Assembly (NCBI RefSeq): GCF_002087085.1
Contig: NZ_MWQY01000002.1
Span: 1 to 64,000, forward strand
Direction of reading: 5' to 3'
Length of the DNA: 64,000 nt
The notes under the pieces were generated by a model. That model did no database searches. It was not told where the DNA came from and saw only the letters and a program-made list of their open reading frames with translations. The position numbers and the translations under genes were made by a program. Shown here piece by piece: positions 28,854-39,309 of the stretch (position 1 is the first letter of the stretch; every line of letters starts with the position of its first letter).

Positions 28854-30605
28854 GTGAAAGGTTTTTTCAACCGAATACTCAGAATCGATGCAACAGATCA
28901 CAGTTTTACATATGAGGACATTTCCGACGATATTCTCAAAACAACCCTTGGGGGAAAGGGCCTGGGGACCCATCTGCTGACGGAGGAGAACCCTCCCGGC
29001 GTCGATCCCTTTTCTCCGGAAAATCGCCTGATTATCTGTGTCGGTCCTATAACCGGCACCCGTATATGGAGCCAGTCCCGGTATGCCGTCTTTTCCAAAA
29101 GTCCTGCTACAGGAGGTTTCTGCGAATCCTACTGCGGAGGAGAACTTGCCCCAAAAATCAAGGGCTGCGGAGTGGATGCAATCATCATACAGGGGAAAAG
29201 CAGCTCCCGGGTATACCTCAGCATAGACGAGGAGGGGGTCGAGTTCCACGACGCCGGGGAAATCACGGGTGCAGAATGCTATGACGCTGAACGCTACATC
29301 CTCTCCAGAGCCGGCAAGGGTGCCGGAGCGATGGTTATAGGTCCCGCAGGGGAGAACCTGGTGGCCCAGGCGGCCATAAAATCCGATCTGTGGCGGAGTG
29401 CCGGGCGCGGCGGGCTGGGAGCAGTAATGGGATCCAAGGAAATAAAGGGGATTTCCTTCAAAGGGACAAAAAAGGCTGAAATAGCTGATCCTGAGAAACT
29501 GACGGAGCTGGTCAAGAAGATCGCCACAACCTGGAAAGACTCTCCGGTAACAAAGAAATACCAGACCTACGGTACCCCCTCCCAGGTGGCGGTAACCAAC
29601 GGCGCAGGCTGCTTTCCAACCCGCTACTGGCAGAGCGGGGTATCGGAACACTGGCAGAACCTGAGTGCCGACTATATGCATGAGCATTTCGAGGTGTCCA
29701 GGCACGGATGTCCTTCCTGCTTTCTGCAGTGCACCAAGCACGCAAAAGTAAAGTCCGGAAGGCACGCGGGGCTCGAGATCGACGGCCCGGAGTACGAAAC
29801 CATCTATGCCCTGGGGGGACTGAACTGTCTTGATTCCCTGGAAGAGGTCGCCTGGCTCAACGACATCTGCGACCGCCTGGGGCTGGACACCATGAGTGCA
29901 GGAAATCTCTCTGCCCTGGCGGTGGAAGCCTACAAATGCGGTAAAACCGATTTCGCCATCGATTACAACCAGCCCGACCGGATGGCGGAGTTTTTCAGGC
30001 TCCTTGCCAATGCGGAAGGTGTGGGTGCCATCTTTGCGAAGGGTATAAAAACCGCCGCCGCGGAACTTGACCTTGAGGATATCGCAATTCATGTAAAGGG
30101 CCTCGAGCCGGCAGGATTCGATCCCCGGGTTCTCAAAGGCATGGGGCTCTCCTATGCCACGTCTCCCCGGGGCGCCTGTCACCTTCGGGGGACCTTTTAC
30201 AAGGCGGAACTTACCGGCGAGGTCGACCCCGAGGAGATCTCCGGCAAGGCGCGCTATCACATTGACTACGAAGACCGGGCGGCCCTTTTTGATTCAATGA
30301 TTCTCTGCCGCTTTTTCCGGGATTTTTATCTCTGGGATGAACTTTCCGAGATGATTGAAGCCACAACAGGCATGAAGATGGACAAGGAAGAACTGGAGCT
30401 TCTTGCCAACCAGATTACCCAGAAGACCAGGGCTTTTAACCGAAGGGAGGGGATAGGCCCGGAACAGGACACCCTGCCGAAGAGACTGCTCAAGGAAGCT
30501 ACAAAAGAGGGGGCCGTACTCACCGAAGCGGACCTTCAGATAATGATACGGGAATACAATAATATAAGGAAAGAACGGGATGAAAAAGCACACGTTATCA
30601 GTTGA
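28854..30605 (+). CDS. Aldehyde:ferredoxin oxidoreductase family (W/Mo-pterin)
   Basis: KSPATGG, IGPAGEN, AGRGGLGAVMGSK, CPSCFLQC, GPEYET, GLDTMSAG, RGACH, LCRF. Confidence 0.92.
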   Translation: MKGFFNRILRIDATDHSFTYEDISDDILKTTLGGKGLGTHLLTEENPPGVDPFSPENRLIICVGPITGTRIWSQSRYAVFSKSPATGGFCESYCGGELAPKIKGCGVDAIIIQGKSSSRVYLSIDEEGVEFHDAGEITGAECYDAERYILSRAGKGAGAMVIGPAGENLVAQAAIKSDLWRSAGRGGLGAVMGSKEIKGISFKGTKKAEIADPEKLTELVKKIATTWKDSPVTKKYQTYGTPSQVAVTNGAGCFPTRYWQSGVSEHWQNLSADYMHEHFEVSRHGCPSCFLQCTKHAKVKSGRHAGLEIDGPEYETIYALGGLNCLDSLEEVAWLNDICDRLGLDTMSAGNLSALAVEAYKCGKTDFAIDYNQPDRMAEFFRLLANAEGVGAIFAKGIKTAAAELDLEDIAIHVKGLEPAGFDPRVLKGMGLSYATSPRGACHLRGTFYKAELTGEVDPEEISGKARYHIDYEDRAALFDSMILCRFFRDFYLWDELSEMIEATTGMKMDKEELELLANQITQKTRAFNRREGIGPEQDTLPKRLLKEATKEGAVLTEADLQIMIREYNNIRKERDEKAHVIS

Positions 30606-32751
30606 TTTTCATTGGGAAAAATGGTCTGCCGAGGAAGCGGACCTGAAGGGACTCGGGAAAAAAACCGCAGCCAGGCTGCTTTTTGAGATAGACCTGATCC
30701 ATCATTTTGAGCAGGAACTGCTGCGCCTCAAGAATGCCGATGCCGTATGGGGACCGGTTCATTCCAGTGTAGGCCAGGAGGCCGTAGCGGCGGCCAGCAT
30801 AGGCCCTTTGAAAAAGAGCGACAAGGTTCTGGGAAGTCACCGGGCGCACCACCAGTTTCTGAGCAAAGCCCTTAACTATGTCCTCGGCGACTGGGACCCG
30901 GGCACCCAGGAGTGGCCCGGGGAGGCCCAGGAAGTAGTGAACCGCACCTTTGCGGAGATCCTCGGCCTTGCTCCCGGGTACTGCGGCGGCCGGGGCGGTT
31001 CCATGCACCTTCGCTGGAAGGAGGCGGGTTTTCTCGGTTCCAACGCCATCGTGGGCGGAGGAATACCTCTGGCAGTGGGCGCGGCCTACGCCGAGCAGAA
31101 ACTAAAAAGCGGAAATGTAGTGGTATGCTATTTCGGGGACGGAGCGGCAAACCAGGGAGCCTTCCATGAAGCCCTGAATCTGGCGGGAATCTGGAAGCTT
31201 CCCATCATTTTCTTTGTGGAGAACAACGAGTTCGCCGTGGGAACCCGGAATGACGACGCCTGCGCCGTAAAGGACATATCCCAGCGGGCAGCCAGTTACG
31301 GCATGGACGGATATATTGTCGACGGGCAGGACACACCCGGAATATACCGCCTCATGGAGAAGGTAAGCGGAGAAATCAGAAAAGGCGGACGTCCTGCAAT
31401 AGTCGAGGCAAAGTGCTGGCGTCATTATCACCATGCCGGGGATGTTCCGGGAAGCTCCTACGGATACCGGGACAAGGAAGAGGAAGCCCGTCGCCTGGCA
31501 TTGGACCCCCGAACCCGTTTTCCCGAGTCACTTCTTGAACAGAAGCTCCTTACAAAAAAGGAGATCAGTGCGATTGAAGCCGCGGCAAAGAAAGCAGTTG
31601 AAACTGCGCTGGACTTCTGTGTCGAAGGCGAAGATAAAACCATCATAAAAGAGTCGCTGTGGCCGGACCCTGCAACTGCTGGCGAGGGTATGCGCTCCGA
31701 CGGCAGCGAACTTGAGGGACTGCCCTATATTGACGATACCTACAGCGGGCCGAAAAAGAAGGCCAGATACTCGGAGTCCATAGCGCTTGTTACCGGCCGC
31801 TGGATGGAGAAGGACTCAACCGTTTATGAATTCGGAGAGGAGATCGCCAACTTCGGCGGGGGAGCTTACGGGGCGACCAAGGGACTCCCCGATCGCTTCC
31901 CCGAGCAGGTCGTAAATACCCCCATCTCCGAGGCCGGTTTTACGGGATTGGCCTGCGGCGCTGCCATGACCGGGCTCAAAACAATTATCGAGATAATGTT
32001 CCCCGATTTCGCCCTGGTGGCAGGAGACCAGCTCTTTAACCAGATAGCCAAAGCCCGGCACATGTACGGCGGCAAAACCGACCTGCCCCTGGTGGCCCGT
32101 GCCAGAATAGCCACCGGCGTCGGCTACGGAGGGCAGCACTCCATGGATCCGGTGGCCCTTTTCGCCCTCTTTTCCGGCTGGAGGATCGTGGCCCCGGGCA
32201 ATGCTTTCGACTATATCGGCCTGTTCAACACCGCCATGCACTCCAATGACCCGGTGATTTTTCTTGAACATCATTCCCTGTATACAAAAAGCTTTGAAAT
32301 CCCTGAGAATGATCTGGACTACTGCATTCCCTTCGGGAAGGCGAAGATTATCAAGCCTGGCGACGATATTACGGTATTGGTGTACGGGGTCATGGGAGAA
32401 CGATGCAGGAAAATAGCAGAAAAACTCTCCGGTCAGGGGGTTTCTGCGGAAATTATAGACCTCAGGTCTCTTGATCTACCATCCATAGATTATGATACAA
32501 TCGGCAGGTCACTGCAGAAAACCGGCGTTATGGCGATCGTGGAGGAAGCTGCGGGTGCCCAGACCATCGGTCCGAGAATCGCGGAACAGGTTATGGTCAG
32601 GTTCTTCGACTATCTGGATGCGCCGGTGGGCTGCATCTCTTCGCTGAATGTCCCCAACTCCGTTTCCCGAAGGCTGGAAGCTGCGGCTATAATCAGCGAT
32701 GATGAAATCGAGGAAAAACTTACAGCTATGGCAAAAAGAGCATGGAGATGA
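30580..32751 (+). CDS. Fused 2-oxoacid dehydrogenase E1 alpha+beta (TPP-dependent)
   Basis: HSSVGQEA, GRGGSMH, GDGAANQG...ENN, NTPISEAG, EIMFPDF, GGQHS, IDLRSL. Confidence 0.9.
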   Translation: MKKHTLSVDFHWEKWSAEEADLKGLGKKTAARLLFEIDLIHHFEQELLRLKNADAVWGPVHSSVGQEAVAAASIGPLKKSDKVLGSHRAHHQFLSKALNYVLGDWDPGTQEWPGEAQEVVNRTFAEILGLAPGYCGGRGGSMHLRWKEAGFLGSNAIVGGGIPLAVGAAYAEQKLKSGNVVVCYFGDGAANQGAFHEALNLAGIWKLPIIFFVENNEFAVGTRNDDACAVKDISQRAASYGMDGYIVDGQDTPGIYRLMEKVSGEIRKGGRPAIVEAKCWRHYHHAGDVPGSSYGYRDKEEEARRLALDPRTRFPESLLEQKLLTKKEISAIEAAAKKAVETALDFCVEGEDKTIIKESLWPDPATAGEGMRSDGSELEGLPYIDDTYSGPKKKARYSESIALVTGRWMEKDSTVYEFGEEIANFGGGAYGATKGLPDRFPEQVVNTPISEAGFTGLACGAAMTGLKTIIEIMFPDFALVAGDQLFNQIAKARHMYGGKTDLPLVARARIATGVGYGGQHSMDPVALFALFSGWRIVAPGNAFDYIGLFNTAMHSNDPVIFLEHHSLYTKSFEIPENDLDYCIPFGKAKIIKPGDDITVLVYGVMGERCRKIAEKLSGQGVSAEIIDLRSLDLPSIDYDTIGRSLQKTGVMAIVEEAAGAQTIGPRIAEQVMVRFFDYLDAPVGCISSLNVPNSVSRRLEAAAIISDDEIEEKLTAMAKRAWR

Positions 32752-33398
32752 AAGAAAAAACGGCCCTTGGTTCACATGACATCTACACTACCCTGTTCGA
32801 CAGGATCATTCACAATCAGTATCCCTCGGAAAACTTTCTGAGGGAAGACAGTCTTGCAAAGGAGTTCGGGACATCCCGGACTCCTATCCGCAACGTACTC
32901 AAGCGACTGGAACAGGACCAGCTGATCCAGATTATTCCAAACCGCGGGGCAAAGACTTTTCCTTTTACCGCCGATGATCTGGAGGATATCTTCGAGATCC
33001 GCCGGTCCCTTGAGGCCCTGGCCCTGGAGTTTGCAATTCCGGCCCTGAGTATCCAGCGACTGATCGAGATACGCAAGGAGATCCAGGAAATCAGCAATAC
33101 CAAGGACTATATGCGTCATGCCGAAGTTGACGCCGAACTTCATACTTATCTTATTGAATCCTGCGGTCGACGGCGGCTGATTAATATGGTCAACCAGCTC
33201 TACCATCTGATTCAGACCTTTCGGGAACTCGGGTTCAGGGACAACGAAGTACGTACCACCACCTGCGAAGAGCACCTCAGGCTGATAGACGCCATCTGCG
33301 TCAGGGACACAAAACTCGCCATCGATGTTCTGAAGACCCACATACAGAACTCAAAGGTGCGCATCATGCAGAAAGTTGTCCGCGGACAGGTTAATTAA
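32748..33398 (+). CDS. GntR-family regulator (FCD), paralog of 23008-23682
   Basis: TSRTPIR HTH; shares PFTADDLEDI and GRRRLI with the other copy; ATGA overlap with E1. Confidence 0.9.
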   Translation: MKEKTALGSHDIYTTLFDRIIHNQYPSENFLREDSLAKEFGTSRTPIRNVLKRLEQDQLIQIIPNRGAKTFPFTADDLEDIFEIRRSLEALALEFAIPALSIQRLIEIRKEIQEISNTKDYMRHAEVDAELHTYLIESCGRRRLINMVNQLYHLIQTFRELGFRDNEVRTTTCEEHLRLIDAICVRDTKLAIDVLKTHIQNSKVRIMQKVVRGQVN

Positions 33399-33409
33399 GG
33401 AAAAACATA

Positions 33410-34270
33410 ATGACAGAATGGAATCCCGAAGTCCTGGCCAGACTCCTTGACGAGTGCGGCCGCATTGCCCTTGATCTCTATGATGATCCAGGAATCTCCG
33501 TAAAGAACGACCAGAGCCTGGTAACCAGGGCCGACCACGCAGTGGAAGGTTTTCTTGCACAAAGCTTCCATAAACCGGAAGAGGGCTCATTTTTAATCGG
33601 AGAGGAAACCATCGCCACCCGGTCCTCATCATATATAGAAGAGGCCTTTCGCCACACGGCCTGGATAGTGGATCCCATCGACGGCACGGTTCCCTACGCC
33701 CATCACCTTGCCCACTGGGGAGTCTCCGTCGGCTTTATGCAGCAGGGACGGCTCACCGAGGGAGCGGTCTATCTGCCGGTAACCCGGGAATACTACATCA
33801 GCCATCACGGGGAGATCCTCTACGCCCGCCCCGCTCCGGGAGAAAAACCTGTCCTGGCACCGCTGAAGATTGAGCGGTCCGCCTCCGGAGAAAAATCCAT
33901 TGTCGGGATCTCCCAGGATGTCGTCCGGGGAAAACTGGGAAATCTCGCGAACCCGGTTCAAACCCTGGGATGCGTGGTTGTTCCCTTCGCCTATATGCTT
34001 CAGGGCCGCTTCATGGCTTATGTGGGGTATATGAAACTCTGGGATCTGGCCGGCTCTCTCCCCCTGCTTAAAAACGCCGGGTTTATTGTCCGGAGTGCGG
34101 ACGGACAGGATCTCGATCCGCAAATTTCACCCAGGCAGTTCGTTCTGAACCCGGATCATGAACGCTTCTGTTACCTCCGGAGCAACCTGATCGCAGCCCC
34201 GAACGAGGAGATCTACCAACAGGTCCGCTCGCAGGTCAGCCTGCCCGAAGTAATGATTCCCGGCCCCTGA
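33410..34270 (+). CDS. Inositol monophosphatase family protein
   Basis: VTRAD, IGEE, WIVDPIDGT, LWDLAG. Confidence 0.88.
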   Translation: MTEWNPEVLARLLDECGRIALDLYDDPGISVKNDQSLVTRADHAVEGFLAQSFHKPEEGSFLIGEETIATRSSSYIEEAFRHTAWIVDPIDGTVPYAHHLAHWGVSVGFMQQGRLTEGAVYLPVTREYYISHHGEILYARPAPGEKPVLAPLKIERSASGEKSIVGISQDVVRGKLGNLANPVQTLGCVVVPFAYMLQGRFMAYVGYMKLWDLAGSLPLLKNAGFIVRSADGQDLDPQISPRQFVLNPDHERFCYLRSNLIAAPNEEIYQQVRSQVSLPEVMIPGP

Positions 34271-34300
34271 GAGAGCCGGGAGAATCCTCGTCAAGTCCGA

Positions 34301-35245
34301 TTATTTCCTGCTCTTAACAACTTTGATAATATCTTTTACCATCTCGTTCGGCGTATAGGTGGGGGTCCAGCCCAGCTCGGCGGAGATGCGCTCGGTACTG
34401 ATGTTCCACTCTTTGTAGCCTTCCACAACAGCCATAATTACCGGGTCCGGCTTGAAGGTGTATTTTGCCTCGGGAATGATCTCCTTGACCGTCTTGATCA
34501 TCTCGGAAACCACAACCCGTCCGGAAGCCACATTATAGATCCTGCTCGGTGCCGTATCGGCAAAGGCGATCTGAAATAGTGCATCCGCAGCATCCTTCAG
34601 GTAAACGACCGGATACGCGGTGTCCTCGGTAACCTCAACCTCGTAGGCCTGACCGAGAGCGGGCTTCTCCGCTATATGAGAGGTAAAAAGACTCGCCGAC
34701 CCTGCTGCCTGGCGGAAAGGTCCGGTTACCGCGGCGAAACGGGCTGCCCGGAAGTCGAGTCCGTGACGACGTTCATACAGAAGCCCCATGTGCTCACCCA
34801 TGAGTTTTGTAAAGCCGTACCATCCGTCGGGTTCAGCGGGCATATCCTCTTTAATCGGCTGAGGGAGTCCCCGCCCGTACACTCCGATGGTGCTGGCAAA
34901 AACAGTGCGGCGCTTGCCGTTCCTGACGGCCGCGTCGAGAACGTAGTTGAGACCGTTGATATTTACAGCGATGGCCATATTCGGATCTCTGTCACAACCG
35001 GCGGTCAGGATTCCGGCCAGGTGAATAATCGGGTCCTCGGTTCCGCTCTTCGTTACCAGGTGATTGACCATTGAACGATCCCGGATATCCCCCTGAATAA
35101 ACTCGACTTTTCCCTTCCATTTTTCCAGCAGTTCCGGCTTGGGATCCGCAAAATCAAAGGCCAGAACCTCTTTTCCGCTTGCAAGTACACGATCAATTAT
35201 CTCGGGACCGAGAAAACCGCCGGCCCCGGTTACCAATACAGCCAT
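34301..35245 (-). CDS. NAD-dependent epimerase/dehydratase (extended SDR)
   Basis: VTGAGGFLG, IHLAG, ASTIGVYG, YGFTK. Confidence 0.88.
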   Translation of the reverse strand: MAVLVTGAGGFLGPEIIDRVLASGKEVLAFDFADPKPELLEKWKGKVEFIQGDIRDRSMVNHLVTKSGTEDPIIHLAGILTAGCDRDPNMAIAVNINGLNYVLDAAVRNGKRRTVFASTIGVYGRGLPQPIKEDMPAEPDGWYGFTKLMGEHMGLLYERRHGLDFRAARFAAVTGPFRQAAGSASLFTSHIAEKPALGQAYEVEVTEDTAYPVVYLKDAADALFQIAFADTAPSRIYNVASGRVVVSEMIKTVKEIIPEAKYTFKPDPVIMAVVEGYKEWNISTERISAELGWTPTYTPNEMVKDIIKVVKSRK

Positions 35246-35346
35246 GTAAACCTCCATATAAATATTGACAGATTCGTTGGTACTAGATATTATACTGATA
35301 TATCTATCGTACGCAATAGATAAGCCAGGAATATATAAGGAAGCCC

Positions 35347-36021
35347 GTGATTAATACTGCAGGACAAAGCGGAACGGCGGATATAAGCAAAAAGGCTGTT
35401 CTTCAGGACTTTATCTACACATCCATCAAGGAACGCATTATTAACGGGGAAATTCCTCCCGGCGGAATCATCATCGAGAACAGCTTTACCGAGGAGTTCG
35501 GAACCTCCCGTACACCTATTCGGGAAGCCCTTTTACGCCTGCAGCGGGACCGCCTGGTGTCCATCTATCCCCGGCAGGGAACCTTTGCCACCCAGATTTC
35601 AATCAAGGACGTCTACGAGATCTTCGATATCCGGCTCCTCATTGAACCTGCCGTTGCCCGTCAAATCTGTCCCACAGTTGACCTGGAAAAGATGGAGAGT
35701 TTCAGGGAGCAGTTCGGCGACAAGAACCTTGCCCAGATCTCCTACAAGAAATGGTTTTATCTGGACCGGAGTTTTCATGATTTCCTGATAGAGTCCTCCG
35801 GCAACGAGACGCTCATACGGACCTATCAGGACATAATGGACCAGCATCTGCGGGTGCGGATTCTTGCAGGCAAGAGTCCCAGCCGGGCGAATAAGACAAA
35901 CGATGAACATATTCGAATCATAGACGCCTTTGCCCGCCGGGATGCCGAGGCGGTGGAACAGTACATGCGTGAGCATATAATCGCGTCCAGAGAGGCCGCG
36001 GTTACCTTAGATAGATTTTAG
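35347..36021 (+). CDS. GntR-family regulator (FCD)
   Basis: TSRTPIREAL, DRSFH, EHIRII, HI. Confidence 0.9.
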   Translation: MINTAGQSGTADISKKAVLQDFIYTSIKERIINGEIPPGGIIIENSFTEEFGTSRTPIREALLRLQRDRLVSIYPRQGTFATQISIKDVYEIFDIRLLIEPAVARQICPTVDLEKMESFREQFGDKNLAQISYKKWFYLDRSFHDFLIESSGNETLIRTYQDIMDQHLRVRILAGKSPSRANKTNDEHIRIIDAFARRDAEAVEQYMREHIIASREAAVTLDRF

Positions 36022-36048
36022 CATTTGTATATCAACGGAGGTACAGGA

Positions 36049-36906
36049 ATGCAGACAACTACCGGCAGGTCGACGGAACTCGCCCGGCTTGCTCAACAGT
36101 TTCGCCTGGAAGTGCTTGATGTTTTGCACAAGAAGGGCACGGGACACTGGGGAGGAGCCTCTTCGGTGGCCGATCTTTTGACCCATCTTTATTTTGAACG
36201 GATGAATATCCGTCCTGATGATCCTAAATGGGAGGAGCGGGACCGGCTGGTTCTGAGCAAGGGTCATGCATCGGCCATGCTCTACACCGTCCTTGCCCAT
36301 CGCGGCTATTTTCCCGTGGAAGAGGTTCAGACCTTCAGGGATCTGAACAGCCGTCTGCAGGGACACCCCTGCATGAATAAAACTGCGGGCGTGGAAATGT
36401 CCACCGGAGCACTGGGGCACGGAATATCCGTCGGCCTGGGCATGTCCCTGGCTTCTCAGCTCTCGGGCAAGAACTTCTGGAGCTACGTCATTACCGGCGA
36501 AGGCTGTCTCGACGAGGGACAGAGCTGGGAAGGTATCATGGCAGCCGCCAAGTTCAAACCGAAAAAGCTCGCCCTTCTGGTTGACTACAACAAGGTTCAG
36601 CTCGACGGAGCCGCTTCCGAGATCATGCCCCTGGATCCGCTGGATGAAAAATTCCGGGCCTTCGGCTGGCGTGTAGCCCCCAAGGTCTACGATGGTCACA
36701 ATCATGACGAAATAGCCGAGGCCTTCACATGGCTCGATTCCGAAGAGGCAGGGCCGTCGGTAATGATTTTCCGGACCCACAAGGGTAAGGGCGTCTCCTT
36801 CATGGAAGACAACCACAAGTGGCACGGAGCCCCCATTGATGACGAAACCTACGCCAAGGCCAGACCGGAACTGGAAGCCGGCCTTGCGAAACTGGAGGCA
36901 AAATAA
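36049..36906 (+). CDS. Transketolase N-terminal subunit
   Basis: GHWGGASS, RDRLVLSKGH, LQGHP, STGALGHG; TPP motif variant GEGCLDEG. Confidence 0.9.
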   Translation: MQTTTGRSTELARLAQQFRLEVLDVLHKKGTGHWGGASSVADLLTHLYFERMNIRPDDPKWEERDRLVLSKGHASAMLYTVLAHRGYFPVEEVQTFRDLNSRLQGHPCMNKTAGVEMSTGALGHGISVGLGMSLASQLSGKNFWSYVITGEGCLDEGQSWEGIMAAAKFKPKKLALLVDYNKVQLDGAASEIMPLDPLDEKFRAFGWRVAPKVYDGHNHDEIAEAFTWLDSEEAGPSVMIFRTHKGKGVSFMEDNHKWHGAPIDDETYAKARPELEAGLAKLEAK

Positions 36907-37862
36907 TGGCAACTGCAAAGGTATCAGACAAACAGGTCTCCATGAGAGACGCCTTTGGTCAGGCTCTTGTTGAGATTGGAAAAACCAAACCTGAACTCGT
37001 TGTTCTCGACGCTGATGTTTCATCATCCACCAAGACCGGACTATTCGGCGCAGCCTATCCGGATCGCTTTTTTAACGTGGGCGTCGCGGAAGCCAACATG
37101 ACCGATGTGGCCGCCGGACTCGCAACCTGCGGGTACCGGCCGGTAATCAGCACCTTCGCCCTGTTCCTGGCCCTCAAATGTACCGACCAGATCAGGAACG
37201 TAATCTGCTACAACAATCTCCCGGTGGTAATCGTGGCGGGATACGGCGGACTCTCCGACTCCTTTGACGGAGCGAGCCATCAGGCCCTGACGGACATCGC
37301 GATAATGCGGGCTCTGCCCAACATGCGGGTTGTTGTGGCCGCTGATGGCAGGGAAGCCGAGGAAGCCCTCAAGGAAGCCCTTGAGCATGACGGACCTACC
37401 TACATCCGCATAAGCAGAAACCCTGCACCCCTCCTGGAGATCGATGAGCCCTTCAAGACCGGTAAAGGCCGGATCCTGCGGGAAGGAAAGGACTGCACCA
37501 TCGCAACTGCGGGCGTCCCCGTCCCCATGGCCCTTGAAGCGGCGGAAAAACTTGCTGCGGAAGGAATCTCCGCGGAGGTCCTGGAGCTGCACACGATCAA
37601 GCCCGTGGATACGGACCTGCTCAAAAAAAGCGTCGGCAAAACCGGCGCCGTGGTCAGCGCAGAGGAACACAATATCTACGGCGGTATCGGCGGAGCCGTG
37701 GCGGAAGCCCTTTCCAGGAGCACCCCGGCTCCCATGGAGTACGTGGGTGTGGCGGATACTTTCACAGAATCCGGTCCCTATGATACCCTGCTCACCAAGT
37801 ACGGTATTTCCGTAGAGGCCATTACCGAGGCTGTAAAAAAAGCGGTAAAACGCAAAGCCTGA
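36906..37862 (+). CDS. Transketolase C-terminal subunit
   Basis: NVGVAEAN, DGASHQ, HTIKPVD, AEEH; TAATG overlap. Confidence 0.9.
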   Translation: MATAKVSDKQVSMRDAFGQALVEIGKTKPELVVLDADVSSSTKTGLFGAAYPDRFFNVGVAEANMTDVAAGLATCGYRPVISTFALFLALKCTDQIRNVICYNNLPVVIVAGYGGLSDSFDGASHQALTDIAIMRALPNMRVVVAADGREAEEALKEALEHDGPTYIRISRNPAPLLEIDEPFKTGKGRILREGKDCTIATAGVPVPMALEAAEKLAAEGISAEVLELHTIKPVDTDLLKKSVGKTGAVVSAEEHNIYGGIGGAVAEALSRSTPAPMEYVGVADTFTESGPYDTLLTKYGISVEAITEAVKKAVKRKA

Positions 37863-37966
37863 AAAGTGTAAAAGGTTTACATCGCCGACGGCACAGACGC
37901 GCGGGAGCCGCTTTTCACACCCGTCAGACATCTCCCGTGGCCGTGCGGCAGAACATATTCCGATCC

Positions 37967-38003
37967 ATAAACCCCTCACGCAGGCAGCTGCTGAGGGGTT
38001 TAT
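37967..38003 (+). terminator. Stem-loop/terminator
   Basis: ATAAACCCCTCA...TGAGGGGTTTAT inverted repeat. Confidence 0.6.
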
Positions 38004-38099
38004 TCGTCTTGATGCAAATATAAGCGTTATGATAAACTTTTCTTTGACAAATACAGCGGTTGCCCCTGGGGCAGCCACCCTATTTTTCAGGAGCAGTAG

Positions 38100-39212
38100 A
38101 TGCGTGTAGGATTTATCGGCTGGCGAGGTATGGTCGGTTCGGTGCTGATGGACCGGATGCGGGAAGAAAAGGACTTTTCAGGATTTGAACCGGTCTTCTT
38201 TACCACATCCCAGATTGGACAGAAGGCCCCCGACGTCGGGATCGAAGCCCCCCCATTGAAGGACGCCTTTTCGGTTGAGGAACTGAAAAAGCTGGATGTT
38301 GTGGTAACATGTCAGGGCGGTGACTACACAAAGAAAGTGCATCCCGAACTCAGAAAAAGCGGATGGCAGGGGTACTGGATTGACGCTGCCTCGGCACTTC
38401 GCATGAGTGATGACAGCATCATTATCCTGGATCCGGTAAACCGACAGGTAATCGACAAGGCCCTCAGCTCCGGGGTAAAGGACTATATAGGCGGAAACTG
38501 TACCGTCAGCCTCATGCTCATGGGACTGGGCGGTCTCTTTGATGCGGGGCTCGTGGAGTGGATCAGCTCCATGACCTATCAGGCTGCCTCCGGCGCCGGG
38601 GCAAAGAACATGCGGGAGCTCCTCTCTCAGATGGGCGCCCTGGAACGACCGGTAAGAAAGCTGCTGGATACCCCCTCTTCTGCAATTCTCGAAATCGACA
38701 GCATTGTTACCGAAACCCTCAACTCCCCGGATTTTCCCGTTTCGGAGTTCGGTGTACCCCTGGCAGGGAGCCTGATTCCCTGGATCGATGCGGCAGCCGA
38801 ACTCGGACAGAGCAAGGAGGAGTGGAAGGGGTACGCGGAGACCAACAAGATTCTCGACCTGGACCCGAAGATCCCCGTGGACGGCCTCTGTGTCAGGGTC
38901 GGTGCCATGCGCTGTCACAGCCAGGCCCTGACGATCAAACTGACAAAAAACGCTCCCATGGACGAGATTGAAGAGATTATCGCCGGCCACAACCAGTGGG
39001 TCGAACTTGTTCCCAACAACAAGGAAGAATCCATGAAGCGCCTGGCTCCGGCCACAGTCAGCGGGACCCTGAAGGTTCCGGTGGGCCGCCTTCGGAAGAT
39101 GCGCATGGGGGATGAATACCTCTCCGCCTTTACCGTTGGAGACCAGCTTCTGTGGGGAGCCGCCGAGCCCCTTAGACGGATGCTCTCGATTCTGAAGGAT
39201 TTTCCGGCTTAA
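38100..39212 (+). CDS. asd: Aspartate-semialdehyde dehydrogenase (E. coli-like long form)
   Basis: [58 protein letters not shown]. Confidence 0.96.
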   Translation: MRVGFIGWRGMVGSVLMDRMREEKDFSGFEPVFFTTSQIGQKAPDVGIEAPPLKDAFSVEELKKLDVVVTCQGGDYTKKVHPELRKSGWQGYWIDAASALRMSDDSIIILDPVNRQVIDKALSSGVKDYIGGNCTVSLMLMGLGGLFDAGLVEWISSMTYQAASGAGAKNMRELLSQMGALERPVRKLLDTPSSAILEIDSIVTETLNSPDFPVSEFGVPLAGSLIPWIDAAAELGQSKEEWKGYAETNKILDLDPKIPVDGLCVRVGAMRCHSQALTIKLTKNAPMDEIEEIIAGHNQWVELVPNNKEESMKRLAPATVSGTLKVPVGRLRKMRMGDEYLSAFTVGDQLLWGAAEPLRRMLSILKDFPA

Positions 39213-39226
39213 AAAAGCCGATATGT

Positions 39227-39259
39227 AAACTGCCCGATTCCCGTCGGGCAGTTTTTTTT
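39227..39259 (+). terminator. Intrinsic terminator of asd
   Basis: AAACTGCCCGA-TTCCCG-TCGGGCAGTTTTTTTT. Confidence 0.85.
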
Positions 39260-39309
39260 GTATTCTTTCAGCATTCTATCCGGCCCCGGCCGACAGGAAG
39301 GAATACGTC

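Noticed and set aside
28848..30260. 470-aa minus-strand ORF
   Set aside because: Shadow of AOR, as expected with GC-biased codon usage.
37812..38003. Possible lysine riboswitch upstream of asd (AAAGG...GCCGA, TGGCCGTGC, terminator)
   Set aside because: The only AGAGG-like 5' element lies inside the transketolase CDS and the 3' consensus elements are not evident; an Rfam search would settle it.
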